Positions 28,706 to 41,590 are shown, counted from the stretch's first letter. The stretch: 64,000 nt of DNA from Eledone cirrhosa (GCA_964016885.1 OZ024745.1:60326001-60390000); one strand, 5' to 3'. Notes: generated by a model from the letters alone, not told the origin. Program-made: numbers and translations.

Positions 28706-28970
28706 TAAAATAACAGATTAAAGTTTAAGCAAAGAATCGCTGCTTTCACCCTTAACGGGATCTTCTGAAACTAACAAAGTCAATCTGTAAACGCAGAACT
28801 GGATATTTCAAAAAACGTTGCAGCCGGAGGAAGACAATAACAGAACACACTCACTGTTCGGTTGGTTTTCGCTTTTCGCTTCTGTGTCTTTTATATCGGT
28901 AATATAATTTATAATATATATATTAGAAAAGGGAAGTAAGGTTCTCTACAAAACAGTGGATATAGAAAAA

Positions 28971-29282
28971 AAGTTGGAAATAGCACGGAAAATATATTTT
29001 AGGGTCTGTTTTTTCCCTTTCTGTGATTCGTCAAAGTGACATTATTGAAAAAATGAGAGGGACAGTTCTTTTAAAAAAGAGTTTTATAATGTATATAAAG
29101 TATATATAAAGTATATATAAAGTATATAAAGTATATACTTTATATACTTTATATACATTATAAAACTCTTTTTTAAAAGAATTGTCCCTCTCTTTTTTTC
29201 AATAATGTCACTTTGACGAATCAAAGAAAGGGAAAAAAGAAAAACAGACCCTAAAATATATTTTTCGTGCTCTTTCGAACTT
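28971..29282. repeat. Fold-back, ~150-bp arms
   Basis: Centre ~29134 in (aagtatata)n/(tatatactt)n. Confidence 0.85.
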
Positions 29283-29287
29283 CACCT

Positions 29288-29379
<92 letters not shown>

Positions 29380-29408
29380 TTTCTCTCTCTCTATATATAT
29401 ATATATAT

Positions 29409-29935
29409 ACTAGCCGAATTACCCGCGCCTTGCTGCGTTTCACACATAAAAAAGTAGAGGCATTAACTAATAATTTTTGTCATAATTCTAGTGATGTTTT
29501 GCCATAGATAAAATGTTTAAATTAGTCAAATTTTACTATAAAAGAGAGGTGCTTTTTTTATTGATTTACGTTTAATTAATAGAAAAACCCCGTGATAATA
29601 GAGGTTCCAATACTCAAGTTATGGGCTTCTAAAATGTTCACTATAGGGGGTTTAACCCCCATTAGGGTGTCTTAATATTATTGAAATTTGCTTAAATTTT
29701 GTGAATAGGCATCATATCTTATCATTTACATATGGTTTAAATTTCATATAAATCGAAGGGAAAACGTTTTCAGCTGAGATTTGTGCCCCCGGGGAACCCT
29801 TTGATTAAAATGAAATAAACTTATCCAAGTATCCTAGGCAATGAAGTTTCAGAGAATATATATGGTTATGGGGGTCTATCTCCAAAACCATAGGAGGACA
29901 AACAAACAAATAGACAGGAACTACAACTTTATATA
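29409..29935 (-). mobile_element. Non-autonomous Helitron-like element
   Basis: minus 3' end GC-rich stretch then ..ggCTAGT; 5' end tatataaaag..tgtttgtttgtcc; inserted in (AT)n. Confidence 0.6.
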
Positions 29936-29949
29936 TATATATATATATA

Positions 29950-30550
29950 TATGAAAAACAAGGGGAGAAGAATACTGTATGGTTGCACAGGGATTACATA
30001 TTATAAAATTAGTCCCTCACCAGTGATTTGCCAACCATCATTGGTATTTCATCGCATTAAAAATCAGATACCTCAGGTTGGTGCGAGCAATAACTAAAAT
30101 AAGCTATTGGGACAAGTGAAACGCGTAAAGCGAGTGTGACAAGTAAACAACAGAAGGAAAAGCAAACCGAAGGTGGGGAAAACAGCAAGCAACATGATAG
30201 TTATCCGATCAGCATAAGCTGGGTGAATTTCATGAGCGGTCAGAGAAGCAGACCGTACGCCGTGAATGCGGTGTGAGAAAGAAGGAACCCCACTACTAGC
30301 GAACGGGAGGAAGTGAGAAGGGGAGAAACAGAGAGTGAGTGAGTGGAAGTGCGAGGAAGAGGTCAGTCGAGAGAAAGTGTAACTGACAGAGGGGGCGAAA
30401 GAAGGTAAGAGAAACAGAGACAACAGGGGAGCAGTAAGAGAGAAAGAGAGAAACAGATAATCGCAGTTTAGGTAAATATATATGAAAAACAAGGGGAGAA
30501 GAATACTGCATGGTTGCACAGGGATTACATATTATAAAATTAGTCCCTCA
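29950..30550 (-). repeat. Partial-tandem pLTR-like module
   Basis: 29950-30019 repeated at 30481-30550; relatives on plus strand at 25790-26190 and 28545-28655 contain CTGATGA-gggac. Confidence 0.75.
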
Positions 30551-30668
30551 TATATAGGTGTGTGTGTGTGTGTGTATGTTTGTGTGTACATATATCACGA
30601 ATAAGAGAGACGGTTTTATTCGTACATCTTATTATTACATAATTCTATTATACGTATTTCAATATATT

Positions 30669-30769
30669 TGTTTCTACTTTAGGCACAAGGCCAGCAATAA
30701 CCCAGTTCATTACTAGTACTTTATTTTATCGACCCCATAAGGATGAAAGGCAAAGTCAACCTCGGCGGG
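30669..30769 (-). mobile_element. 5'-truncated SINE
   Basis: 22-bp TSD attatacgtatttcaatatatt; empty site seen in mirror copy at ~27980. Confidence 0.85.
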
Positions 30770-31200
30770 ATTATACGTATTTCAATATATTGAAACTCCG
30801 TTGATACCTTACCGAGAAAACCTTAAGGAATACAAATCGTAGAGTGTTTTACGTCTGTTTCCAAAAAAGTCGACGGATTATATGATGAACCAACTTTCAT
30901 CAACTGAATAATCTATATATATATTTTTTTTTTTTTTTTTAGTATATGTTGGTTGTTTACCGACACCACAGTATGCAGATTGGAGCACTCGACGAAGAAT
31001 GCAGGTTGGTTTGTTTACTCCGGAGTAATGTAAAATAATTAAGTCAAATATGTAAAATTTGGCTTCAGGAGGTCAGCTGTACTTAAACATCCGGACAAAA
31101 ACAACTACAACAGATTCTGACCTCCTGAAGCCAAATTTTACATATTTTACGTAATTATTTATATATATATAGTTATGTAATAAACAACGTAAGATAATTA

Positions 31201-31260
31201 TTTCATTTACCAGTGGTTTCTTGAAAGCAAACAAATCTGCTTTCAATCGTCAGAATGAAA
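31201..31260 (-). ncRNA. Type I hammerhead ribozyme
   Basis: tttcatt-CTGACGA-ttgaaagcaga tttg tttgctttcaa-GAAAC-cactg-GTA-aatgaaa; all stems intact. Confidence 0.9.
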
Positions 31261-31734
31261 AAATCCTGGTGTTTTTATTGAAAGTCGATTTGAAAACAAA
31301 AATATAAGAAATATGAAAGCGAGGCTGAGGGAAGAAGAAAAAAAGATTATAAATAATAAGTATATAAACACACACACACAACTACACATATATATATAAT
31401 AATATACATATATACACACATAAATGCACATACACATGTATATATATACACACACATGAAAAATAAGCTGTCACATCAACAGGCATAGACAAATATATAC
31501 ATGAAGTCATAATAATAAATAAATAAATAAAAGCAAAAAATAATTAAAGTCAAATATAAAAATAAAAAATGAAAAAATAGCACTTTGACAACGATACGAG
31601 AGAGGGAAAAAAACCAATAAAAATAAACAAACACACGTGGTAAGCAATTACACAAAATAAAATAAATATACACAGAAAAACAAGATGGTGTAGGACAGAA
31701 CAAAGGAGAGGCACAAAAATAAAAAGAATGCCCA

Positions 31735-31777
31735 GTCACTGAAGAGGTCACAGAATGTGTGACGAAAGAACTTTGAC
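31735..31777 (+). ncRNA. Minimal hammerhead in solo pLTR fragment
   Basis: gtca-CTGAAGA-g gtcaca..tgtgac-GAAAG-aa-CTT-tgac. Confidence 0.65.
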
Positions 31778-32049
31778 AATATATGAACAATCGTCTGGTT
31801 GTGGAACCAACCAACCAACCGGAAATTTATAAATTCCTAAATTTATAAATTTAATTTATAATAAATTGAAGTGAAAGCAACTGGTGCGTGTGTTTCTTAT
31901 TGGCAACATGACCCCCCCCCCCCAAGTATAAAAATAAATATATATATATATATACACACATACATATACATACACATATACACACACATGTACAGCACAA
32001 ACATATACACAAATAAGTATATACATACAAATTTATATACACATATATA

Positions 32050-32122
<73 letters not shown>

Positions 32123-32573
32123 GTGTGTGTGTGTGTGCGTGCGCGCGCGTGTGTGTGTGTGTGTGTGTGTGTGCGTGTGTGTGTGCGTGTGTGTGGGTGT
32201 GTGTTTAATGGTAGCTATGATGCTTCCATCGACGGTATGCCAGTTAAGCACTATGTTCTTACACAGCAGAGTGTGATATAATATAAAACGAAACATCAGT
32301 GTATGTGTGTGTATGTGTATGTATATATGTGTGTGTGCATGTGTGTGTGTATGTGTGTGTATATGTGTGTGTGAGTGACTTGTGAAATACCAAACCCAGC
32401 ATGAATTCATTGAAGTGTGTCGGACGAAGAGTAGCTGTAGGGCAGTATGGCAGCAAATATTGGCCAGAATTCATGATGACATAGAAAAATAACAGCCAAC
32501 AGCAGGACAAGCGAGGAAGATGTTTTTTGAAGCTAAAACCCCAGTGAGAATATTTGTTCCGAAGTTATTGGAA

Positions 32574-32661
32574 GTGTCCGACGAATCTGCAGTTCCAGAA
32601 TCAGACAGATCCATACAATGATCGTGTCTCGAGCTGTCTGCCGGCGAAACAATTGTAACAC
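32574..32661 (+). ncRNA. Degenerate hammerhead, extended stem II
   Basis: gtgt-CCGACGA-..-GAAAC-aatt-GTA-acac; shares gatcgtgYctcgagctg with 63013 copy. Confidence 0.5.
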
Positions 32662-32701
32662 ACAATAAATTGAGTCCAGATGCATCACTGATTTTTCGTT
32701 T

Positions 32702-32733
<32 letters not shown>

Positions 32734-32799
32734 CCAGCGAATTTCCGACCGTTAAGGTTGATTTCCATGGCTATGTCGTTATTTATAAAACAAATTTTG

Positions 32800-32864
32800 T
32801 ATTTTATCTGATGAAAGTGCACCAAGATTGGCTTGGTCACCCTTGAAATATATATAATAAAATA
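32800..32864 (+). ncRNA. Minimal type I hammerhead ribozyme
   Basis: tattttat-CTGATGA-aag..accaag attgg cttggt..ctt-GAAAT-atat-ATA-ataaaata; stem II differs from 19621 copy but still pairs. Confidence 0.85.
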
Positions 32865-32999
32865 AATATGGTTTTATAAATATACATTCCATTTATTAAT
32901 ATCTTGGACTATTTACTCCATTATCTGTTGAGTGCTCTATATCAATTATAAACATTTATGTTTGTCGGAACTCCAACAAATTAAATATAACTTCTACAC

Positions 33000-33079
<80 letters not shown>

Positions 33080-33440
33080 TATACATACTCACATACATAC
33101 ACACACATACGCACGCACATACACTCAACCACACGTATAGGGACATATACACAAATGTAAGTGTATATACATATATCAATAAATATATACATTCACACAC
33201 ACACATACACACATACATACACATACATAAGACTATACAGACAGAAAATAAAGGCCTATAATCACCGCATACACAACTAAAACAGTAAAAACATGCATGG
33301 AAACAAATAAAGGTATAAAATAAACATAAACTCACACACATGAGAAAAAATACATACAACCACATACACATATATATATATACCTATATATAAAAATATA
33401 CATACACACATACACACATACGTATATGTACAAGTACATA

Positions 33441-33471
<31 letters not shown>

Positions 33472-33626
33472 TGTTATACTTTGGGAGGGTCATGTTGCCA
33501 ATAAGAAACACACGCACCAGTTGCTTTCACTTCAATTTATTATAATAAATTAAATTTATAAATTTAGGAATTTATAAATTTCCGGTTGGTTGGTTGGTTC
33601 CATAACCAGATGATTGTTTATATATT

Positions 33627-33669
33627 GTCAAAGTTCTTTCGTCAGACATTCTGTGACCTCTTCAGTGAC
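33627..33669 (-). ncRNA. Hammerhead in 3' pLTR
   Basis: gtca-CTGAAGA-ggtcaca..tctgac-GAAAG-aa-CTT-tgac. Confidence 0.65.
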
Positions 33670-34440
33670 TGGGGATTCTTTTCTTTGTTTTTGTGCCTCT
33701 CCTTTGTTCTATCCTACGCCATCTTGTTTTTGTGTGTGTTGTGTGCTTAGTTTGCGCATGTGTTACATCCGGGTGTCTGTGTATGTTTATATTTGTTTAT
33801 TTACATGTTACTGGTTGGTTGTTTGTTCTATGTGCGTGTGTGTTTTCATTTTGTCCTTAATTGTAAGTTGTGATGTTGCTGTTCCGTTCCTGTTTTCTAT
33901 TTAATTTTGGTTGGAGTTCATTTATTTTTATTGCCTCTGTGATTTGTGTAAACTAAAGGTTCCCAACGGGGGGCATATGCACCCCCAGGGGGCGTTTTTG
34001 AACTCCAGGGGGGGGGGCGTTTGGGAGCAAGGGGGCATTAGGGGGGCGTTTGGAGCTTTGGAGTGCACTGGAAGGCTCTTTACTTTGGTAAGTTTTATAA
34101 GCCATATTTGTATGTCTTTGAGACAGCCAATGTGAATGCATTTGAATGAGCATGCAGACAGCATAACTATGGTCTGACCGCAGCTGTGAGCAGGTGTGCA
34201 GGCGTGTTTAGACATTACCCGGCAATTGAGATCTTAACAATGGAAAAACCCACAGTCAACTGGGTCAAGGACACTTCAAGCGCAGCCAGTTAGAATCTTG
34301 TCTTTCCTTCACCGATAACAATGTATTTCATGTCTGAAATTATTGACTCAACCGTAACGAGTTAACACTATGTAGATCTATTGTATTTCCTATTGTATAA
34401 ATAGTATTACAAATAAAAAAAATTAAAAAAATCCCAGAAG

Positions 34441-34836
34441 CGGGTAGCACACACATCTAGGACCACATACAACACATAATCAGATAATACACACATATAG
34501 GACCACATACAACACATAAGCAGCTAATACACACATATAGGACCACATACAACACATAAGCAGGTAATACACACATCTAGGACCACATGCAACACATAAG
34601 GAGGTAGCACACACATCTAAGACCACATACAATCACAGGCAAGTAATACATACATTTATGACCACATACAACACATAAGCAGGTAATACAAATATCTAGG
34701 ACCACATACAACACATAATCAGGTAATACATACATCTAGGACCACATGCAATACATAGCAGGTAATACATACATCGAGGACTACCTACAACACACAGGCA
34801 GGTAATACATACATCTAGGACCAAATACAACACACA
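34441..34836. repeat. ~39-40-bp minisatellite, ~10 copies
   Basis: acacatctaggaccacatacaacacataagcaggtaatac repeats. Confidence 0.9.
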
Positions 34837-35899
34837 TTGTATCATGTGCTACGGACGACGCAAGAGCAATGGTCGGCCAACATAAGGGTTTCGTCACTCT
34901 TCTGAAGAGAGAAAATCTATCTGTATTTGTTGTTCATTGTGTCATTCATCGACAACACTTGGCTGTGAAGAAACTCAGCAAGCCACTGAGCAAGTTCTTG
35001 CAGGTGGCCCCTAATGTCATCAATTTTATCAAACGGCATTCCCTCAATGAACAAATTTTCCGGCAACTGTGCCAAGATAATGACGAAGAATTCGTCAAGT
35101 TGCTCCTTCATAATGAAGTGAGGTGGCTTTCAAAGGGCAAGTGCCTTACTCACTTCTTTGAACTGTTCGACTCTATCATTGAGTTTCTGCAAGGACGCAA
35201 CACAGAACTGTACAAGAAAACCCTCGATATGAGGCAAAACTACGCCTACCTCACCGACATCGTTGACAAATGCATTAGCGTCATTTTGGTTTTGCAGGGG
35301 AAGAAGATCACCTTGCTTAAACAAGGAATGCTGTGAAAACATTCCTGGCCAAATTGAATGCCATCGAAAGGAATCTTTGTTGACGGGAATTCTATAATTT
35401 TCCTAGTGTCGCCAATGTTCAAAACATTGTAAGTGATGACCAACTCCAAATGTATACCGCTCACCTCCGTGCGCTACAAGACAACATGAGAGAACGGTTT
35501 GTCAACCTTTTGCCGATGGACATCCCAATGTGGGTAGCAGATCCCTTCATAGCTAACGTCGATGATTTGAACGTTATATTTCAGGAAGAATTCATTGAAC
35601 TTCAAGCAGATGACATGATCAAAATTAGATTTCCCCAAATAGGTGAACCCCTTTTTTGGATGCAAGAGGAAATTCAGCGTCGATTTCCACACCTACATGC
35701 AGAGGCTAAGAGATTTGCTCTGCCTTTTCCAAGCTCATACTTAGTCAAGAGGAGGTTTGGTGCTGTTTCCAGACTGCACAGTAAGGCTCGCAACCGCTAC
35801 AATGTAATTACATGTGGAGATCTCCGGCTACATCTTACGAAAATCCAGCCTGACGTCAAAGAGTTAGCTAGACTCCATGAAGTTCAAGGGTCCCATTGA
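34836..35899 (+). pseudogene. hAT/Buster (ZBED/SCAND3-like) transposase, C-terminal part, frameshifted
   Basis: CATDDARAMVG, HCVIHRQHL (CxxH), LLLHNEVRWLSKG, LPFPSSYLVKRRF (catalytic E replaced by K), GDLRL..L..IQP. Confidence 0.9.
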
Positions 35900-36438
35900 A
35901 ATGAGGTCAAAGTTAAAGTAAGTTGATTTATCTGAAAACTTAGATATGCTATTGTTACAAAGAAAACTAACAATTTTTTTTATTTGTAGTTGCAGTCTGA
36001 CTGGACTGGAAACCATCTACTACAATTCACTTACTTATTTGTTGTATATATTTTACCATTTACTAATAAATATACCCTCCCGCGTGGTCATGAAAACCCT
36101 CTTCCGTGGTCTCTAAGCTCACAAAGCAGAGGGGACATCAAGTTAGATATCAACATTTATTCTGTCCATTTCATTACAGGGAAAATTGGAAAGCTTTGAA
36201 ATGATATAATTGCCACTTTCTTCCAGATAAGAGCACTCTTTGGATAGAGTTGCTCTTGTATAAAGGTTCAAAATAGCTGGTATCGCCTGGTGGGAATATA
36301 ACAAATTCAACTGGTCCTTATTCATAAAAAAGAACATTTATGTTCCTTTTTTTGAAATTTATATATTTCCTTTCAAGGAATGTATTTATACTCTCAGCTG
36401 CCTGCAATAGTATCTTTGGAATATTCTTAATCAATTTT

Positions 36439-38547
36439 TTAATAATCTACAGATATCAAAATCAGTAGTATATTGAAAAATGGAAAAATAGGGTAGGGGG
36501 CGTTTCGTGATTTCGAGGGACAAAAGGGGGCATTTGGCCTAAATGGGTTGAGAACCTGTGGTGTAAACATTGCGTCTTTTCTGTGTGTAGATTCTATTTT
36601 TATTTCTATGTTCTCTAATTTACCCTTATGTTCTATTTTAGCATGTTGGTAGAGTACAGATGATTCTTTACTATCTTGAAACTCTCGCCAGTGTTCATTT
36701 ATCCGTTCCCCTATACTACGAGCTGTCTCACCTATGTACACTATATTCTTATCTCTACATTGTCCTTCAGTACATCTTATGCTATATACCACATTTCTGG
36801 TTTTACAGTTAATATGGGGGCTTAATTTACAGATTATACATTTCTTATCTATACTTTGAAAAGGGTATGTATTGCTAATAAGTGTTTTTATGGAGGTACC
36901 TGGTCTTTCTACTATCTTAATATTGAGTTTATGTTTATCTAGGGCCCTTCTAAATTTGTAAGCTAATTCACCTCTAGGGGTTGTATCGATGAACATTACA
37001 CTCTGGTATTTATTGCTATCATACCATGAGTTTATTCTATTAACCTTATTCCTAGTTATTTCTATTCTATTCCAAAATTTGCTCCTATACAAGGGGCAGG
37101 TCCCATTTGTGTCATTATTTACCATTTTTTCCCATTTGGTTCTGGCTCCTCTATATACTCTGATTTTATCTCTCTGATTATAACCAGAGAACTGCATACG
37201 GTGGATGAAGTGTTGTATGTGTCTCTCTAGTTCTTTGTGGTTGCACATGCGGGTCACGTTTCTCATCACCCGTACCAAATCCGCAATCAGTATGTTGATT
37301 TTGGTATGGTCCGAAACAGCTGAGTTTCGGTGGATCAGATGTTTGGAAGTCATGGGTTTGGCATAATGGGAATGGAGGATTTTTTTTTTGTTATTAATGG
37401 TATCTAACCAGAGCTCTGTGTCTAGTACAGGTAATCGATGGTTGGGGTGTTTGCTTGGGTAGTCTATAGTAACTCTAATATCCTGGTGGATGGAGTTAGC
37501 TATTTGCTGGATGCTTTCCATGGAGTTTTTCTCTAATTCCTGACTGTTCTCTAGTGGGGGTGTTTTTACTACGATGTTTATATCATCAACGTAGCGGGAG
37601 TACATCATCAGTGTTAAGGGGTTGCTGTCTTCTAATTGTTCTTTAAGTTTAAGTTTAAGTCTATTGTCCCACCATACCATGAATAGGTTAGCTATGTCAC
37701 CTGCAATGCTAACACCAATGGCTGCTCCCTCCTCTTGGGAATATGTTTTTCCATTAAATTTGAACATATGTTCCTTAAGGGTTAATTTTATGCTGGCCCC
37801 CACCGCATCTGCAATCATTTTCTTTAGTTCATCGTGGTTTTCGGAGGTCCGTATGGCTCTGGTCCACCCGGTCCATCTATCTGTGTGGGTTTTCTTAGCC
37901 ATTGAGGTAACGGTAGGTGGTCTGCCTCTTGCTGGTCTTGTAGGGCACAGGTTGCTAAGGCCATATGTATCTAGATAATCATTACTATAGGTAAGTTTAA
38001 GTAGGAGTCCCAGCTCACTGGTATCAATCCCACGGAATTCAACATTGCTCTCACTGATCATTTCTACGCATTTCTCCACAGCAAAATCCACGTCAATAGA
38101 TGGATACAGGGACACAACATCCATACTACTTATTATGCAGTTTGTTAGGTCCCTAGATCGGTTACTCTCGCCGATTCTGCTGAGGGGGTCCTCCGTGCTG
38201 TCACATATATCTGGGGACATTTCAATGATGGGGCGTATGATCAGGGTGAGGAAGTAGGAAAGTCTGTAGTTACTAGCAATGTTAGCTCCACAGACTGGCC
38301 GTGTTGGTGGTCCTGTGACAGCGTCACTGCTCGTTTTATGGTCTTTTCGAAGCCCATACAACGCTGGCACGTCATTGTTCCAGGCATGGAAGTTGTTGGC
38401 AGTCCTTTTGTTGGGCGGCATTATATTTGTCCACATCATCATATGGGCATTGAGGGCTTTTTCCCTATCCTCGTGCTCTTGTGGTGTTACTTCTCTTGTG
38501 AAGAGTTTCAAGATAGTAAAGAGAGTTTCAAGATAGTAAAGAATCAT
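36439..38547 (-). CDS. Penelope-like reverse transcriptase + GIY-YIG endonuclease (5'-truncated; ORF ends chimeric, genuine part ~36569-38497, C-terminus continues at 33857-33945)
   Basis: SMDVVSLYPSI, QEEGAAIG, SRYVDD, HYAKPM, CxxC linker, VVYSIRC..YIGETARSIGERINEH; ~640 codons without a stop. Confidence 0.92.
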   Translation of the reverse strand: MILYYLETLFTILKLFTREVTPQEHEDREKALNAHMMMWTNIMPPNKRTANNFHAWNNDVPALYGLRKDHKTSSDAVTGPPTRPVCGANIASNYRLSYFLTLIIRPIIEMSPDICDSTEDPLSRIGESNRSRDLTNCIISSMDVVSLYPSIDVDFAVEKCVEMISESNVEFRGIDTSELGLLLKLTYSNDYLDTYGLSNLCPTRPARGRPPTVTSMAKKTHTDRWTGWTRAIRTSENHDELKKMIADAVGASIKLTLKEHMFKFNGKTYSQEEGAAIGVSIAGDIANLFMVWWDNRLKLKLKEQLEDSNPLTLMMYSRYVDDINIVVKTPPLENSQELEKNSMESIQQIANSIHQDIRVTIDYPSKHPNHRLPVLDTELWLDTINNKKKILHSHYAKPMTSKHLIHRNSAVSDHTKINILIADLVRVMRNVTRMCNHKELERHIQHFIHRMQFSGYNQRDKIRVYRGARTKWEKMVNNDTNGTCPLYRSKFWNRIEITRNKVNRINSWYDSNKYQSVMFIDTTPRGELAYKFRRALDKHKLNIKIVERPGTSIKTLISNTYPFQSIDKKCIICKLSPHINCKTRNVVYSIRCTEGQCRDKNIVYIGETARSIGERINEHWREFQDSKESSVLYQHAKIEHKGKLENIEIKIESTHRKDAMFTPQVLNPFRPNAPFCPSKSRNAPYPIFPFFNILLILISVDY

Positions 38548-38933
38548 CTGTACTCTACAAACATGCTAAAATAGAACATAAGGGTAAATTAGAGAACATA
38601 GAAATAAAAATAGAACCTACACACAGAAAAGACGCAATGTTTAGACAAATCACAGAGGCAATAAACATAAATGAACTCCAACCAAAATTAAATAGAAAAC
38701 AGGAATGGAACAGCAACATCACAACTTACAATTAAGGACAAAATGAAAACACACACGCACATAGAACAAACAACCAACCAGTAACATGTAAATAAACAAA
38801 TAAATAAACAAATATAAACACACACAGACACCCGGATGTAACACATGCGCAAACTAAGCACACAACACACACAAAAACAAGATGGCGTAGGACAGAACAA
38901 AGGAGAGGCACAAAAACAAAGAAAAGAATCCCA

Positions 38934-38976
38934 GTCACTGAAGAGGTCACAGAATGTCTGACGAAAGAACTTTGAC
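38934..38976 (+). ncRNA. Hammerhead in inverted pLTR
   Basis: Mirror of 33627-33669. Confidence 0.65.
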
Positions 38977-39317
38977 AATATATAAACAATCATCTGGTTA
39001 TGGAACCAACCAACCAACCGGAAATTTATAAATTCCTAAATTTATGAATTTAATTTATTATAATAAATTGAAGTGAAAACAACTGGTGCGTGTGTTTCTT
39101 ATTGGCAACATGACCCTCCCAAAGTATAACAATATCGGTTTCAACACACGTTTTCAGATAAAGAATCTTGCTAAACAAATTCAGAAACGAAATATATATA
39201 TATAAAGTAGAAGGGATAGTCAATTTGTTGGAAATCCGACAAATATAAATAACTGATTTAGAGCACTCAACAGATTCCTGGAGTAAATAATCAATGATAT
39301 TAAATAGTTAATATCTT

Positions 39318-39379
<62 letters not shown>

Positions 39380-39525
39380 CATATACATAAAGTTACATCT
39401 ACACATATATATACATACATATACATACACACATATATATATACATATATATATATATACATACATATACAAACATATATACATAAACATACATATACAC
39501 GCACAATATATACACACTCACATAA

Positions 39526-39562
<37 letters not shown>

Positions 39563-39785
39563 ATTATATTTTTATATATATATATTTATATATATATAAG
39601 AGGTGGGTGTGTAAAGGGTAAGGTAGAAAGTAGGGGGAATATAAGTCAACAGAAATATAAATAACATAGGGAAAAAATATAAATATAAGAGATGAGGGAG
39701 AAAAAGAATATATGGGTAAAGAATGTCAGTTCAGAGAGTAATAATAATCGTACTGGATTTAAGGCGTAATGAGTAAAGAAGACGT

Positions 39786-40475
39786 TCAAGGTGACTGAGT
39801 CATCGTAGGAATGTCAATCCAGTTACAAAGTAGATGCGATTTCAGGTGAGGACAACATCTGAAGATCTCGGTCATGGAGTTAAAGCAAGTGGAAGTGGTT
39901 TTCAAATTTTGGAGAATTCTAAATTTTTCCGTCGTGCACAAAGAACAATTCTTTGTGCCCCTTTGGTATACTCTTGAATGGTCTAAAATAGACCAATCGA
40001 TAGTGTACGGAATGTTTTGGTTTTTGAATTCCCACACTTTATTTGCGAGAGCCGTTCCTGTTCTTTTTTCAGGGTGTTTAAAAGAAGCGACATGTGCATA
40101 AAACCTGGTTTTGAACCTGTCCTGAGTCATACCAACATATCGTTCACTCCTGGCTGGCTGGTTGTTAATCAACGGTGTCAATTTGGCCTCATACAGAATG
40201 GATTTGGTATTACATTTGCCCTGTAATGGGCATTCTTCTGGCTTCCTGCAACTGCATCCTGGATTTACTCTCGTACGATTAGAGTTGGTAATTTTAGTCT
40301 TCATTGATGGACAGCAAGAGTAACTGATTTTGACTACATTTCTATTAAATATCTTATAATATCTATGATTAGGAGGAAAATGTTTGTCTAGGAGGTCGAG
40401 GAATTTCCTTCCTACATTAGTTTTGACAGTTAGAGAGAAAGGGGTGTGAACCAAATAATTTTTTTTTCCTGTCAT
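39786..40475 (-). pseudogene. PLE linker + GIY-YIG endonuclease
   Basis: CSCRKPEECPLQGKC, ILYEA..YVGMT..FKTRFYAH, CSLCTTEK, CPH. Confidence 0.88.
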
Positions 40476-40479
40476 TGTG

Positions 40480-41590
40480 TTTAGTTTTAGAGGGAGGAGT
40501 AGGTAAATATTTAATATGTTCAGTAAAGCCGCTGTTATTGAGGGCCTTATTATAATAAGGGGCAGCTTTGTTAAAAATGTCTAGAGACGAAGATAAGGTA
40601 GAAATCCTACAGCTAATGTTAGGAATAAGATTTTTAAAAACTATAGGGAGATGACAAGACTATTTGTGTATATATCTTAGATTCTCGTTAGGTTTATGGT
40701 AAGGTTTAAAAGAGGCAGTAAGTAGATCAAGATTAATATCAAGAAAGTTAGCATTAGTAAGGTTCGTATCTATAGTAATTTTAAGGTTTAGGTTAGCAAA
40801 GGTATTGATTAAATCTTTACGGAATTTATCAAGGTTATGGCCGTTGGTGGTATGAGAAACTGCTAATCCGTCGTCTCGGTATAAACCGATATTATGGGAA
40901 GGAAATTTCTCTTTAAGGGTGTGGAGAAGGAATAATCCTACTAAGTCGCACACATCAGCACTGTCATATGAACCCATCGCAACATCAAAAGAGTTTTCAG
41001 GGCTTGACTTTTTAACCCAAATACTTTCATTAGCAAAGAGTAGAGTATTCCTAGCATGAAAGATAACTTCTTCTAATTTAGAAATATTAATGAAAGGTCT
41101 TGCAAAATCTAAGGCTTTTGTTAATAAGGAAACAGTAATAGAGGGGTAAAAATCAACAATATCAAATTGGGTAAATCTACACTTATTTTTACCTTGTATA
41201 TTATTAAACCAAGAAATAACAGAGGATGTATTTAACCATTGTGATAAGTCAGTCTTAGTTCTAATTTGGAGTATTATTTTTCTTTTTAACTTGCAAGGCC
41301 AACTTCAGATTTAGCAGGGTTAATTAGTCTACAGCTAGGTCGATTAGTGAAGTCTGATTTATGGTCTTTAAGGGTAATATATCCATTACGTTTAGCTAGG
41401 CTTTCAATCCAGTTGTCAATTTTTAAAATACTAGCTAGGTCTTTAGCTTCTTTATTAATAATATTGTAGGTGTTATTGTTAGCTAATTGATATTTGGTGG
41501 TGATACTATCTGTTAAAAGTTGTTATACAAAATACTATTTACTTCAAAGAGATTTTTAGTTTTATCGGAAAGAACAAAAGTGTTTTTAGA
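40480..41590 (-). pseudogene. PLE reverse transcriptase, disrupted
   Basis: TLKDHK, RLINPAKS, QFDIVDFYPSI, MGSYDSADVCDLVG, GLYRDDGL, YHKPN; stop at 40660 and frameshifts. Confidence 0.88.

Larger units (their letters stand above)
33954..36560 (+). mobile_element. hAT (Buster/Charlie-type) DNA transposon, defective
   Basis: 8-bp TSD gtgtaaac (33946, 36561); TIRs taaaggttcccaac / gttgagaacctgtg. Confidence 0.9.
33469..39192 (-). mobile_element. Penelope-like retroelement with inverted pLTRs, interrupted by hAT
   Basis: 33469-33953 plus 36561-36685 mirrored by 38522-39133; RT and GIY-YIG between; (TA)n flanks. Confidence 0.92.

Noticed and set aside
34441-34836. Regular ~40-bp repeats resembling a CRISPR array
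   Set aside because: No unique spacers, no cas genes, eukaryotic context
36439-36568. C-terminal 43 aa and N-terminal 17 aa of the 702-aa ORF as genuine protein
   Set aside because: They read through the hAT end and the inverted pLTR arm respectively
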